Under the pieces are notes generated by a model. It did no database searches. It was not told the DNA's origin and saw only the letters and a program-made list of their open reading frames with translations. Positions 27,496 through 36,539 of a stretch of DNA of 37,195 nucleotides are shown here, one piece after another. Source of the DNA: Halodesulfurarchaeum sp. (GTDB lineage: Archaea; Halobacteriota; Halobacteria; Halobacteriales; Halobacteriaceae); assembly GCA_042216015.1 (NCBI GenBank), contig JBDGUI010000010.1, positions 1 to 37,195 on the forward strand, in the 5' to 3' direction. The stretch's first letter is position 1, and each line of letters begins with the position of its first letter. The translations under genes and the position numbers were made by a program.

Positions 27496-29507
27496 GCGTC
27501 CGAACCGGGCAGCTGAGCGGTCGGTCCGAGCGGTTCGCCGACCTGTTTTACCCGCTTTTCGAGTGGATCTTTGGAGAGGATTCGGAGTTCGTCTCGGATC
27601 TCGAGCGGAAGCTGGCTGAAGCTCGCATGGAGGAGACTATCGAACTCTACGTCGCTCGAGCACTGGGGTTCGGGTTTCTCGGCGGGGTGATTCTATGGGT
27701 CGTCGGCACGGCGATCGGGTGGTTCCTCTTCGGAAGCGGGTTCATCGATGTTGAGGTTTCGATCGGGTTGCCGGTGACTGGGCCGGGAATGGCCGCCTTT
27801 TTCGAGGCCGTCAAGGTCCCGCTGTTGGTCCTCGTGACGGGGGTGTTCTTCGGGACGATCGGGTTCGTGACGGGGTTTGGCGCGCTCGTGCTGCTCCCCT
27901 ACTCCCGGGCCTCCTCCCGGAAGCGGGAGATCAATATGTTACTCCCCGATGCGGTTTCGTTCATGTACGCGCTATCGATCGGCGGGCTCAATCAGCTCGA
28001 AATCCTCGAGGCGATGGCGCGAGCCGAGGACACCTATGGGGAGGTGGCCCTCGAATTCAGGACCATCGTCCAGGAGACGGAGTACTTCGACGTCGACTAT
28101 CGGACCGCAATACGCCGCCGATCGATGGAAACCCCGAGTGAGGAACTCTCGCAGTTCTTCACGGACATGCTCTCGATCATCAATAGCGGCGGCGACATGG
28201 CCGCGTTTCTCGAGGACAAGAAGGAGACCCACATGCGAACGGCCAAACAGCAGCAGGAGATGACCCTTCAGACGCTCGAACTCTTCGGAGAGATGTACAT
28301 GACCCTCTCCCTGTTTCCACTCCTGTTGATCATCGTGCTGGTCGTCATGAGCATGTTGGGTTCCTCCCAGCAGTTCCTCCTGTTCATGACCGTGTACGCC
28401 CTCCTGCCGCTGGTTAGCGTGGCCTTTCTCGTCATGGTCTCGACGGTCAAGCAGGACGAGGTGGGTGATGGATATCTCGACCTGTCTGTCGTCTCTGGGG
28501 TGGAGCGAGGGGTGGAATCAAAGTACGGGGAAGGAGAGACCCCCACTGACAGTGCCCTCTTCACCCGCATCAGGCGCCGAGGGAAGCTCCACGCGATCGG
28601 ACAGTTCCTTCGTCGGCCGCAGTACTACTTTCGGGAACGGCCGTTGCTCACGCTGGTTATCACGGTTCCAATCACGCTCTTGCTGGTCGGAAACGCCATA
28701 GTCTCCGGAATCGTCCCGAGGACCTACGACGGCATGGTCGGAAATCCAGTCGGTTCGACGTTCCTCTACGTCTTCGTCCCGCTCTACGTCGTCGGCGTGC
28801 CCCTGTCGGTGTTCTACGAGTGGAACCAGTTCACCCGACATCGGATCACCGGCAAGCTCTCGGAGAACCTCAGGAAGCTCTCGAGTGCCAACGACACCGG
28901 GCTCACGCTTCTCGAATCGATACGGACGGTCGCGGACACCTCCTCCGGGCGGTTGGCCGACGAGTTCGACGAGATGTACGCGAAAGTCACCTACGGAATG
29001 ACCCTCTCCCAGGCCCTCGTGGAGTTCAACAACAAGTATCACGTGCCCCGACTGGCCCGGACGGTCAACCTGGTCACCAAGGCCCAGGAGGCCTCGAGCA
29101 AGATCACGGCGGTCCTCTCGACGGCGGCCCAGGCGAGCGAGAATCAGGACGACATCGAACGTGAACGAACCTCGCGGGCGCGCATGCAGGTGGTGATCAT
29201 TGTCATGACCTATCTCACCCTGCTCGCAGTGATGGTGATCCTCCAGACCCAGTTCCTCGAGGTGCTTTCGGGGCTGTCCACCCAGGCCGCGAGTGCGGGA
29301 GGCCCACCCGGAGTCGGTGGTGGAACGTCCTTCGGCGCGAGCCTGGACATCGATCTGCTCGAGTTGCTCTTCTTCCATGCGGTGACGATCCAGGGGGTCC
29401 TTGCGGGGACCATTTCGGGGTACATCAGTCACGCCCGGCTGCTCTCCGGGTTGAAGTATGCGATCGTCCTCCCGACGATTGCGCTGATCGTCTGGGCGTT
29501 CATATGA
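27492..29507 (+). CDS. pilC: Type IV pilus platform membrane protein (two T2SSF domains)
   Basis: LPDAVSFMYALS.GG, TPSEELSQF, TLELFGEMY, second repeat ANDTGLTL; ATGA overlap with pilB. Confidence 0.93.
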   Translation: MSVRTGQLSGRSERFADLFYPLFEWIFGEDSEFVSDLERKLAEARMEETIELYVARALGFGFLGGVILWVVGTAIGWFLFGSGFIDVEVSIGLPVTGPGMAAFFEAVKVPLLVLVTGVFFGTIGFVTGFGALVLLPYSRASSRKREINMLLPDAVSFMYALSIGGLNQLEILEAMARAEDTYGEVALEFRTIVQETEYFDVDYRTAIRRRSMETPSEELSQFFTDMLSIINSGGDMAAFLEDKKETHMRTAKQQQEMTLQTLELFGEMYMTLSLFPLLLIIVLVVMSMLGSSQQFLLFMTVYALLPLVSVAFLVMVSTVKQDEVGDGYLDLSVVSGVERGVESKYGEGETPTDSALFTRIRRRGKLHAIGQFLRRPQYYFRERPLLTLVITVPITLLLVGNAIVSGIVPRTYDGMVGNPVGSTFLYVFVPLYVVGVPLSVFYEWNQFTRHRITGKLSENLRKLSSANDTGLTLLESIRTVADTSSGRLADEFDEMYAKVTYGMTLSQALVEFNNKYHVPRLARTVNLVTKAQEASSKITAVLSTAAQASENQDDIERERTSRARMQVVIIVMTYLTLLAVMVILQTQFLEVLSGLSTQAASAGGPPGVGGGTSFGASLDIDLLELLFFHAVTIQGVLAGTISGYISHARLLSGLKYAIVLPTIALIVWAFI

Positions 29508-29986
29508 CCTCGGGCCCCAACTCGACGCCGGGATCGGGCGAACGCGGTTCGTCTCTCCGCCTCGACGACCGGGGGCAATCAACCCTTGACTTTCTCCTCG
29601 GGACGGTGATCTTCCTGTTCGCCGTCGTGATCGTCGTCGCCGTCGTCCCGGGACTGCTCGATCCGTTCGCGACCGGAACGGAGTCCCATCCAGTCGTGGC
29701 CGACAGGGCAGTGACCACGCTTGCCACCGAGGAACTCGCCGCTCCCGATTCACCGTACGTGCTTACCGAGTCCCGGGTCTCATTCGTGTTCGCTCAAAAC
29801 GAATCGGAGCTTTCCGCCGCTCTCGCCGTCCGGAACCGAGTACGGCTCAACGTCACCCTTCGGTCCGCAAACGAGATGTTCGGTGCCGTCGGTCCCAGCC
29901 CACCGACGTCGGGCTCGGTGATATCCGCGTGGCGCGTCGTGTCCTACCAAGGGAATCCGGCCAACTTGACGGTGCGGGTGTGGTAG
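29504..29986 (+). CDS. Prepilin (class III signal peptide)
   Basis: DDRG/QSTLDFLLG followed by a hydrophobic helix; ends VRVW. Confidence 0.85.
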   Translation: MTSGPNSTPGSGERGSSLRLDDRGQSTLDFLLGTVIFLFAVVIVVAVVPGLLDPFATGTESHPVVADRAVTTLATEELAAPDSPYVLTESRVSFVFAQNESELSAALAVRNRVRLNVTLRSANEMFGAVGPSPPTSGSVISAWRVVSYQGNPANLTVRVW

Positions 29987-29988
29987 CC

Positions 29989-30603
29989 ATGCGGGGACAC
30001 GAACGACCGGCCAGCGCCGGTGAACGTGGCCAGGCCCACGTTCTCGAGGGGATCGCGGCGGCGATGTTGATTCTGACGAGTGTCATCTTCGCGCTGCAGG
30101 TGACAGCCGTGACGCCCCTGACCGCGAGTACGGCGAATCAACACCTGCAGACACAGAGTGCGGGGACCGCCGTCGGCCTGCTTGCCGCTGCCGACGAACG
30201 CGGCACGCTCGGGGATACGGTCCGTTACTGGAACGAGTCGGCAGTCAGATTTCACGACTCGGGCGAGTCGGCCACGTATACAACCGCGATACCGACCGAA
30301 TTTGGCTCAACCCTCGAAGCCGCCTTTCGGAAGCGGGGAATCGTCTACAACGTGAACTTGTTGTACCTCACCGAGGGGCACACACAGCGCGAGCGAACGC
30401 TTCTTTACCAGGGAGACCCGTCCGATCACGCAGCGATCGCCACGGAGACGGTCGTTCTCTTCGACGACGACCGGCTTCTGTACGCGAACGGGACGGTCTC
30501 GAACCGCACGCTGACCGAGGTCGACTCCTACTTCGCCAGGGACAGTTCCGGGGGCCAGCTCTACAACGTGATCCGCGTCGAGGTGGTCGTATGGCGGATG
30601 TAG
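29989..30603 (+). CDS. Prepilin (class III signal peptide)
   Basis: ERG/QAHVLEGIAA followed by a hydrophobic helix; ends YNVIRVEVVVW. Start ATG 29989. Confidence 0.85.
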   Translation: MRGHERPASAGERGQAHVLEGIAAAMLILTSVIFALQVTAVTPLTASTANQHLQTQSAGTAVGLLAAADERGTLGDTVRYWNESAVRFHDSGESATYTTAIPTEFGSTLEAAFRKRGIVYNVNLLYLTEGHTQRERTLLYQGDPSDHAAIATETVVLFDDDRLLYANGTVSNRTLTEVDSYFARDSSGGQLYNVIRVEVVVWRM

Positions 30604-31031
30604 ATCGCGGCGTCTCGACCGTCGTCGGATACGTCTTGAACATCGGGATCGCCACCATCTTGATAGCCGGCCTGTTGGTAAGCGGCGCGTCGCTGGTGTC
30701 GGACCAACGCGAGCGAGCGGTCCGGTCCGAGCTGAGCGTTCTCGGCAACCGTCTGGCTGCAGACATCGAAACGGCCGATCGGCTCCTCCGGGTCGGCGGG
30801 GGGACAGTGTCGATCAGCACTTCACTTCCAGAGCGGGTGGCAGGCAGGGAGTACCGTATCGAAATCGAAACGGACGATGGCGAGGTCATGCTTCGCTTGG
30901 TGACCGCGAGCGCCGGGGTCATTCGACGGGTTCCAGTCGACAACGAGACGAGAGTGGGGTCGGGGACCGTCGACGGTGGGGATCTACTCATCGAGGGGAC
31001 CGGGGACCAGCTGGAGGTGAGCAATGGATAG
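30591..31031 (+). CDS. Prepilin (class III signal peptide)
   Basis: DRG/VSTVVGYVLNIGI. Confidence 0.87.
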   Translation: MADVDRGVSTVVGYVLNIGIATILIAGLLVSGASLVSDQRERAVRSELSVLGNRLAADIETADRLLRVGGGTVSISTSLPERVAGREYRIEIETDDGEVMLRLVTASAGVIRRVPVDNETRVGSGTVDGGDLLIEGTGDQLEVSNG

Positions 31032-31734
31032 AGGCGTCAGTGACGTGCTTGGGTACGTCCTGATCTTCTCGCTGATCCTGGGTTCGGTTGCCCTGGTGTC
31101 CGTAACGGGATACAACAGCCTCGATTCAGTGCGGGCCACAGAGCGATTCGACAACGCCCAGCGCGTCTTCGAAATCCTCGATGCGAACGTCGAGGATCAC
31201 CTCGATACGGGCGTCCCCAGCCGCGCCACGGAGATCAGGCTCGCCGGGGCGACCCTCGGATTCGGGGAACCGGTTCGATTCAACGTCTCCGTCTCCGGAG
31301 ACGGCTTTACTCGTATCACCCTTGAGCCGATCGTGTACACGCAGTCGGCCGACCGACGGATCGTCTACAGCGGTGGGGCGACGATCCGGTCCGATCGCGG
31401 ATATTCGACGCTCACCGAGGGACCTCCATTTCGCTTCGGGACCCGGACTCTGTTGACGTTGGTCCAGACTCGGGGCCGAACCTCCGGGATTAGCGGATCG
31501 GGTCGGGTGCTGATCAGGACCACCCTGGCGACACAATCCGTCCACAGCTACGCGGGTTCGGGACCCTATACCGTCAGGGTGAACGTGACGGGCGATCGGG
31601 CCGCGGCGTGGACCCGGTGGCTCGAGTCTGAAATCGGCGGGAACTGTTCCGTCGTGGGCTCCACCGCGACCTGTTCGTTCGAAACCGAGGCGGTATATGT
31701 TCGAACGGTGACCCTCGACGTCTTTCTCCAGTGA
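31024..31734 (+). CDS. Prepilin (class III signal peptide)
   Basis: DRG/VSDVLGYVLIF. Confidence 0.87.
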   Translation: MDRGVSDVLGYVLIFSLILGSVALVSVTGYNSLDSVRATERFDNAQRVFEILDANVEDHLDTGVPSRATEIRLAGATLGFGEPVRFNVSVSGDGFTRITLEPIVYTQSADRRIVYSGGATIRSDRGYSTLTEGPPFRFGTRTLLTLVQTRGRTSGISGSGRVLIRTTLATQSVHSYAGSGPYTVRVNVTGDRAAAWTRWLESEIGGNCSVVGSTATCSFETEAVYVRTVTLDVFLQ

Positions 31735-32211
31735 TCAGCTCTCGCCGGCTTGCTGTGCCAGCGCCTGCTGAAAGGTCTCAGCCGAGAAGAGTCCCCGGAC
31801 CTCAGGCCGGCCGATCGAGTCGATGAGGGCTGTCGGCGTTCCCGTGATCAAAAAGACGCCGATCTTCACGGCGGCGTTTTCCTCGGAGAGAGCGGCAGTC
31901 GCCTCGAGATGATCCCTGAACGACGCAGCGGCCTCGGCAAGCAACTCCCGCTCTGTTTCGTACAGTCGTTCCTGGGCCGCAGTCTGATTGATGGTTCCAT
32001 TCCTGATCTGGGCGACGAGATCCTCGCGGGCCTGCTGCAGGGCCTCCTCGTCGATTTCCAGGGCGACCGTTACCGTTGCCCGCCCATCGACATGCTCGCC
32101 GGTCTCATCCAGGGTGGAACCTGGGACGGGTGCGCTGCAGCCGGCAAGCGACAGGGCACCTCCAGACCCGGCGAGTTGCAAAAATCGGCGTCGATTCGTG
32201 TCGAGATTCAT
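31735..32211 (-). CDS. Tat-exported lipoprotein, unknown function
   Basis: MNLDTNRRRFLQ twin-arginine motif and LAGC lipobox. Start ATG 32211. Confidence 0.85.
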   Translation of the reverse strand: MNLDTNRRRFLQLAGSGGALSLAGCSAPVPGSTLDETGEHVDGRATVTVALEIDEEALQQAREDLVAQIRNGTINQTAAQERLYETERELLAEAAASFRDHLEATAALSEENAAVKIGVFLITGTPTALIDSIGRPEVRGLFSAETFQQALAQQAGES

Positions 32212-32362
32212 CGTCGAAGGGAAGAACAGGCCGGCGGAAAAGCGTTCCCAAACCGCCCTCGACGTGTCTCTCAGCGGCCGCCTTTTCGTCGTCCGGGTTG
32301 AATCGGGGGCTCCCTCAGTGGAGTTAAAGCCACAGTCGGCGAACTGGCACCAGAAGCCATCG

Positions 32363-32749
32363 ATGGGACGACCCGATCGCGTCATCACGTTCGTGCTTTT
32401 GTTCCTGTTGGGGTGGGGGCTCTTCTCGACGACTGCGGGTGCAGCCCCAGCGGCGGCGATCGAGGTGGCCGGCAACGGGGATTCGATCGAAGACGGGAAC
32501 CGGGTCCCGGTGTCCGAGGCGAACCTGTTCGTCTCGGTGACCGGAAGCGCCGAACCCGATTCCGTCATTCTTCAAATAGAAGGGACGGACTCACACGAGG
32601 CCCACCCCAAACACGACAGGCGAAATCGACCTCGACCCGAACTTCGCCGCTCGCTCGAACCGGGTCGGGGTCATCCTCACGGACGAACGGTGAATTGCGG
32701 ACCCACGAGAACACCGTCTCTCGAGACAACCTCGAACCTGTCGGGTTGA
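32363..32749 (+). pseudogene. Frameshifted remnant of a secreted/surface protein
   Basis: Signal peptide MGRPDRVITFVLLFLLGWGLFSTTAGA then an acidic beta-rich segment. Protein-like text hops frames after ~32610 (EIDLDPNFAARSNRVGVILTDE, then NGELRTHENTVSRD). Confidence 0.5.
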
Positions 32750-33020
32750 AGTGCCCCCTCGAGGTTCAAGAGAAAAATCAATTTCCGAGAAATAAGCGTA
32801 CACCACCGCTGACTTCATTCATGTGGTCACCGAGTTGACGCCACTCACCCCCGTGACAGAGACGACGAGTCCGGTTTCGCCATTGCTCTCGCTCGTCACA
32901 TTGCTCCTCGCGTGACTGTCGGTTCGTCGATGACGCGATCGGCGATGACCCCGCGATTCGGGCGGGGCGAGAGTAAAAACAGCCGCGGGAGGGCGCTAAA
33001 CCTCAGGTTGAGAGCCAAAC

Positions 33021-33027
33021 TTATAAA
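33021..33027 (+). promoter_or_regulatory. TATA box of the integrase gene
   Basis: TTATAAA ~30 nt upstream of ATG 33055 (leaderless spacing). Confidence 0.65.
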
Positions 33028-33054
33028 GCCCCCTCTTTCGAACGATTGAGATGA

Positions 33055-34278
33055 ATGGCTCCCAGGGATCAACTCAACAACCTCCTGACGCGGATCCAGG
33101 AGAGCGACGACATCTCGGAACCGGACAGAGAAGTACTGGTTGACTTCTACGATGCGCTCGAACTGTTGAATGCGGAGTACTCGGATCATCGGAAGTTGAA
33201 ACTCCTCAGGCACGTGACGATCATGGCCGAGGAGGTGGGTGGACTGGCTGCTGCACTCGACGATCGCGAAGCCGCCGAGGAACTGGTTCGATGGATACAC
33301 GCGAATTACGAAAACGAGGAGACGAATCGGGACTATCGAGTCGCGCTCAGGGTCTTCGGACGCCGGGTAGTCGATGATAACGGCGATGAAACCCCGGATT
33401 CGCTCGAATGGATACCGACGGGCACGTCCAAAAACTACGATACCAAGCCCGATCCTCGAGAGATGCTCGGCTGGGAGGAGGACGTCCTCCCGATGATCGA
33501 CGAAACGCTTAACAGTCGGGATCAGGCCGCCATCGCCCTGCAATTCGACGCGGGTCTCCGCGGCGGCGAGTTCAAAGATCTCACCGTCGGAAGTATCACC
33601 GACCACAAACATGGGCTCCAGATCACCGTCGACGGCAAACAAGGCCAGCGGACGGTCACGCTGATCCCGTCGGTCCCGCACATCCAGAAGTGGCTCGCGG
33701 ATCATCCGGCGCCGGACGACCCCGACGCACCGCTCTGGAGCAAGCTCGAGCGACCGGATGCGATGAGCTACACGATGATTTCGAAGATGTTCAAAGAGCC
33801 GGCCAAGCGGGCTGGCGTGACGAAGCCGGTGACGCTCACGAACTTCCGGAAGTCCAGCGCGTCGTATCTCGCGAGTCGGGGGATGAGCCAGGCCCACATC
33901 GAGGAGCATCACGGCTGGGTCCGGGGGAGCGACGTCGCCGCCAGGTACGTCACGGTGTTCGCCGAAGACGCCTCGAGGGAACTCGCAAAGATTCACGGCG
34001 CAGACGTCGAGGAAGAGGAACCCGAGCCGCTCGCCCCGATCGAGTGCCCGCGCTGTGGCGAGCGGACGCCTCGCGACCGCCCGCTCTGTGTCTGGTGTGG
34101 GCAGGCGCTCGAACCGGGCGCGGCCGAGCGGGCAGAGGCGATCGACGACCTGCTCGTCGAGGAGATGGCTGCTGCGGATCCCTCGGAGGCTGACGAACTC
34201 CTGGGCCTCCGGAAGGAGATTCGGAGCGATCCCGAGGCTCGGGCCGAGGCGATCGACCGCCTCTCCGACCTCAGCTGA
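33055..34278 (+). CDS. Tyrosine recombinase/integrase with C-terminal Zn ribbon
   Basis: GLRGGE (R), GKQG (K), TNFRKS (HxxR variant), HHGW, ARYV (Y); CPRC...CVWC. Confidence 0.93.
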   Translation: MAPRDQLNNLLTRIQESDDISEPDREVLVDFYDALELLNAEYSDHRKLKLLRHVTIMAEEVGGLAAALDDREAAEELVRWIHANYENEETNRDYRVALRVFGRRVVDDNGDETPDSLEWIPTGTSKNYDTKPDPREMLGWEEDVLPMIDETLNSRDQAAIALQFDAGLRGGEFKDLTVGSITDHKHGLQITVDGKQGQRTVTLIPSVPHIQKWLADHPAPDDPDAPLWSKLERPDAMSYTMISKMFKEPAKRAGVTKPVTLTNFRKSSASYLASRGMSQAHIEEHHGWVRGSDVAARYVTVFAEDASRELAKIHGADVEEEEPEPLAPIECPRCGERTPRDRPLCVWCGQALEPGAAERAEAIDDLLVEEMAAADPSEADELLGLRKEIRSDPEARAEAIDRLSDLS

Positions 34279-34429
34279 CATCGATATCGCCGTTTTCGAT
34301 TGCTTCGAGGAGTCCGCTCGCGAGCAGCCGAACGTCCTCACTGAAGGCATCGTTCTCCTCGATGGACCGACAGAGATCTTCGAGCGAACGGTCGGACTCC
34401 TCTTTGGCAGTATCAGATTGCGTGCTCAC
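34271..34429 (-). CDS. 52-aa acidic protein (absent from the ORF track)
   Basis: GTG 34429 overlaps the PadR stop (GTGA). Translates as MSTQSDTAKEESDRSLEDLCRSIEENDAFSEDVRLLASGLLEAIENGDIDVS. Overlaps the integrase end by 8 nt. Confidence 0.7.
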   Translation of the reverse strand: MSTQSDTAKEESDRSLEDLCRSIEENDAFSEDVRLLASGLLEAIENGDIDVS

Positions 34430-34761
34430 GCCTCGACCACCTCCGACCCGTTTTTCGGCGAGTCTTCGAGTTGATCGAGGAAGGCCCGCTGGTCCTCGAC
34501 GACGTCTTGGCCGGCCTCGGTCACGCTGTACCGATTGGCTCGTTCGTCCTCGGGATCAGTTCGCTTCTCCAGGAGGCCACGCTCGACGAGGGTGTCCAGC
34601 GTGGGGTAGAATCGCCCGCTCTTGATCTCCTCGTAGCCCTGTTCCTCGAGGAGGTGTCGTACTGTTTTCCCGATTGCTCGGGAGTCGCCCTGCTCGACGA
34701 TGCGGGTGGCGGCGAGGACGTCCCGCTGGAAGCCGGTGAGTTCGACGAAGGACCCGTTCAT
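34426..34761 (-). CDS. PadR-like winged-helix protein
   Basis: LTGFQRDVL...GRFYPTLDTLVERGLLEK...RANRYSVTEAG. Confidence 0.88.
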   Translation of the reverse strand: MNGSFVELTGFQRDVLAATRIVEQGDSRAIGKTVRHLLEEQGYEEIKSGRFYPTLDTLVERGLLEKRTDPEDERANRYSVTEAGQDVVEDQRAFLDQLEDSPKNGSEVVEA

Positions 34762-35072
34762 CGTTCACCTCCGAGGTTATCGCCGCGTTCCAGCGACGCG
34801 TAGATCTCTCTGAGTTCCGGCCAGGATAACTTGAGCGCGCCACGGTCGGGTTCGAGGTCCGGATGGGTATCACGGAGGGTGCGAAGCATCTGTGCCTTCG
34901 TCGGGGCGACGTCAAGCCCGAGCGCGGACATGACGGCCGCGAGCGTGTCGCCCGTGAGGTGGTTGGTCGTCGCCTGCTCGACGTCAGTTTGGTCGACCAC
35001 CAGCTGGACGAGCTCCGGCTTGGTCTCGTTGAACGTTCGCTCCAGCGGGCCGAGGGACTGGGCGCTACTCAT
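34758..35072 (-). CDS. Hypothetical proviral protein
   Basis: 104 aa from ATG 35072; overlaps both neighbours in the operon. Confidence 0.7.
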   Translation of the reverse strand: MSSAQSLGPLERTFNETKPELVQLVVDQTDVEQATTNHLTGDTLAAVMSALGLDVAPTKAQMLRTLRDTHPDLEPDRGALKLSWPELREIYASLERGDNLGGER

Positions 35073-35649
35073 CGAGCATCGTCTCCTCGGCTTCGACGAC
35101 TCGTTTGAACGCCTGCTCGTCCCCACCCGCATCCGGGTGGGTCTGGGCCTTCCGACGCTTCGCAGCCGCCTTCACAACCTGAGGATCTGCTTCAGGAGCA
35201 ACCTCCAACACCTCGTGCGGCGGCGGCCCCGTTTGGATCGCATCCTCGTCTGCAGGTGGCAGACGATGCGTCGAGAACTCCGACTCGACGGACTCGACCC
35301 CGTAGCGAGTGAGCGCCCGCTTGGATTCGAGCGTGAGCCCGACCGCCCGAGCGTTGTCCCGCAGCGAGGTCCACTTGTCCATCGCGACGATGTGGGGCGT
35401 GCCGTCGAGCTTGTAGCGAACGACGATTCCGGGGTCCTCGGCCTGCGCCTCCGAGTAGGGCAGGTTCGGATTGCGGCTCTGGTGGTCGGCGGCCGTGTCG
35501 ATCTGGACATCAGTCGCGTCCATCTTCCGCAGCTGCTCCAGGAGGTGTTCGATGGCCTCGCGTCGCGAGACGCCGAACCCGTGAGGGTAGTTTTCGCGGT
35601 CGTCCTCGGGCGTTCGCTCGATCTCGGCCGGCCAGTCGATATCGCTCAT
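35065..35649 (-). CDS. Virus-type J-domain protein (C-terminal minimal J domain)
   Basis: PHEVLEV...VKAAAKRRKAQTHPDAGGDEQAFKRVVEA carries HPD. N-terminal domain with IDWP...DPG....MDKW..LRDN.RA. Confidence 0.88.
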   Translation of the reverse strand: MSDIDWPAEIERTPEDDRENYPHGFGVSRREAIEHLLEQLRKMDATDVQIDTAADHQSRNPNLPYSEAQAEDPGIVVRYKLDGTPHIVAMDKWTSLRDNARAVGLTLESKRALTRYGVESVESEFSTHRLPPADEDAIQTGPPPHEVLEVAPEADPQVVKAAAKRRKAQTHPDAGGDEQAFKRVVEAEETMLDE

Positions 35650-35912
35650 TGCGGATCAACCTCCGGAGCGTGTTCGTGGGCTTCCTCGGCTGGCAGGTAC
35701 TCGACGCGGTGGACGCGGTGCCAGGGGAAATCGACGAGTTCAGCGATCGAATTCGGGTCATCCTCGTCGTAGTTGTACGCCCGGAGTGCGTGCTCGTAGG
35801 ATTCGACGTGATCCGCGGCATAGTGGCCACCGGCGGTTTTGACGTTGGCCGGGGTGAGCGTTCGCTCCGGCTGCTCCCGTTCGTCATCGGGCTCGAGGGC
35901 GGACTCACTCAT
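35646..35912 (-). CDS. Hypothetical proviral protein
   Basis: 88 aa, acidic; ATGA/8-nt overlaps with neighbours. Confidence 0.75.
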   Translation of the reverse strand: MSESALEPDDEREQPERTLTPANVKTAGGHYAADHVESYEHALRAYNYDEDDPNSIAELVDFPWHRVHRVEYLPAEEAHEHAPEVDPQ

Positions 35913-36138
35913 CGACTACCACCCGTCCTCCGCCGAGTTCGCGCCTGCCGGCACGGCCGTGGTATCGCTCTTCGCGACGCGGGCACCCCGGCCGATGGCC
36001 GATCTCGCCCAACGAGTTCGTCCTGGAGATCGTCGCCCGGCACTCGGGACAGCGCTCGTTGGAGACCGGCTCGACCCGCGGGCCGTCGACGCCCGTGACC
36101 TGACCCAGCCGTTCGAGGTCCTGGTCACTCAGCGCCAT
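35905..36138 (-). CDS. Small Zn-finger protein
   Basis: CPEC-x14-H-x3-C; ATG 36138 preceded by a GGAGGTG SD-like sequence. Confidence 0.7.
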   Translation of the reverse strand: MALSDQDLERLGQVTGVDGPRVEPVSNERCPECRATISRTNSLGEIGHRPGCPRREERYHGRAGRRELGGGRVVVDE

Positions 36139-36403
36139 CGTCCACACCTCCGAACATCGAGCGGCCGCGGATCCGGCACTTGAGCGTCGTCAGCGTCTGC
36201 GGTTCGTCGATTCCACCGTCGGTCCCCAACCGGTCCTTCCAGGCCGGGTTGTCGAGTCGGTCTGCTTCATCATCCCGGTCGTCGTCCTGCTCGCCGCCGT
36301 CAGTCAGGATCTCTGCGCCGTTGCCAGCGATCAGAATGTCTTCGTCGGTCGATGCATCGTCCGGTTCGCGGGATTCAAGTCCCGTGCTGTCGTGGTTCGA
36401 CAT
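36125..36403 (-). CDS. Acidic first gene of the early operon, with two TDGG motifs
   Basis: MSNHDSTGLES...ILTDGG...LGTDGG; TDGG is common in haloarchaeal and haloviral small proteins. Confidence 0.65.
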   Translation of the reverse strand: MSNHDSTGLESREPDDASTDEDILIAGNGAEILTDGGEQDDDRDDEADRLDNPAWKDRLGTDGGIDEPQTLTTLKCRIRGRSMFGGVDDGAE

Positions 36404-36532
36404 GGTTTCGCTGCTTGTACCAGCGGAACCGCCGCGGGCCGGTGGGCCAATCACCGGCTCGCAACTTTCTCGGAGCGGAATGCCCCGAATAGCATTGCGT
36501 GCCTTGGGTCGTCCCGACCCGTAGGTGGTTCC
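36367..36532. ncRNA. Multi-hairpin structured element between the early promoter and the first early gene
   Basis: Closing stem 36425-36433/36524-36532 encloses hairpins 36434-36462, 36479-36496 and 36506-36520. Further hairpins at 36367-36386 and 36409-36425. Confidence 0.5.
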
Positions 36533-36539
36533 ACTCACC

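Noticed and set aside
24712..31734. pilB/pilC locus as an archaellum or conjugation system
   Set aside because: No arlH/arlF/arlG, VirB4 or relaxase genes; it is an ordinary haloarchaeal type IV pilus cluster.
36367..36386. tRNA T-arm-like GGGATTCAAGTCCC as an att/tRNA fragment
   Set aside because: The G53-C61 pair is not formed, there is no acceptor or anticodon arm, and it lies inside a coding region far from the element edge.
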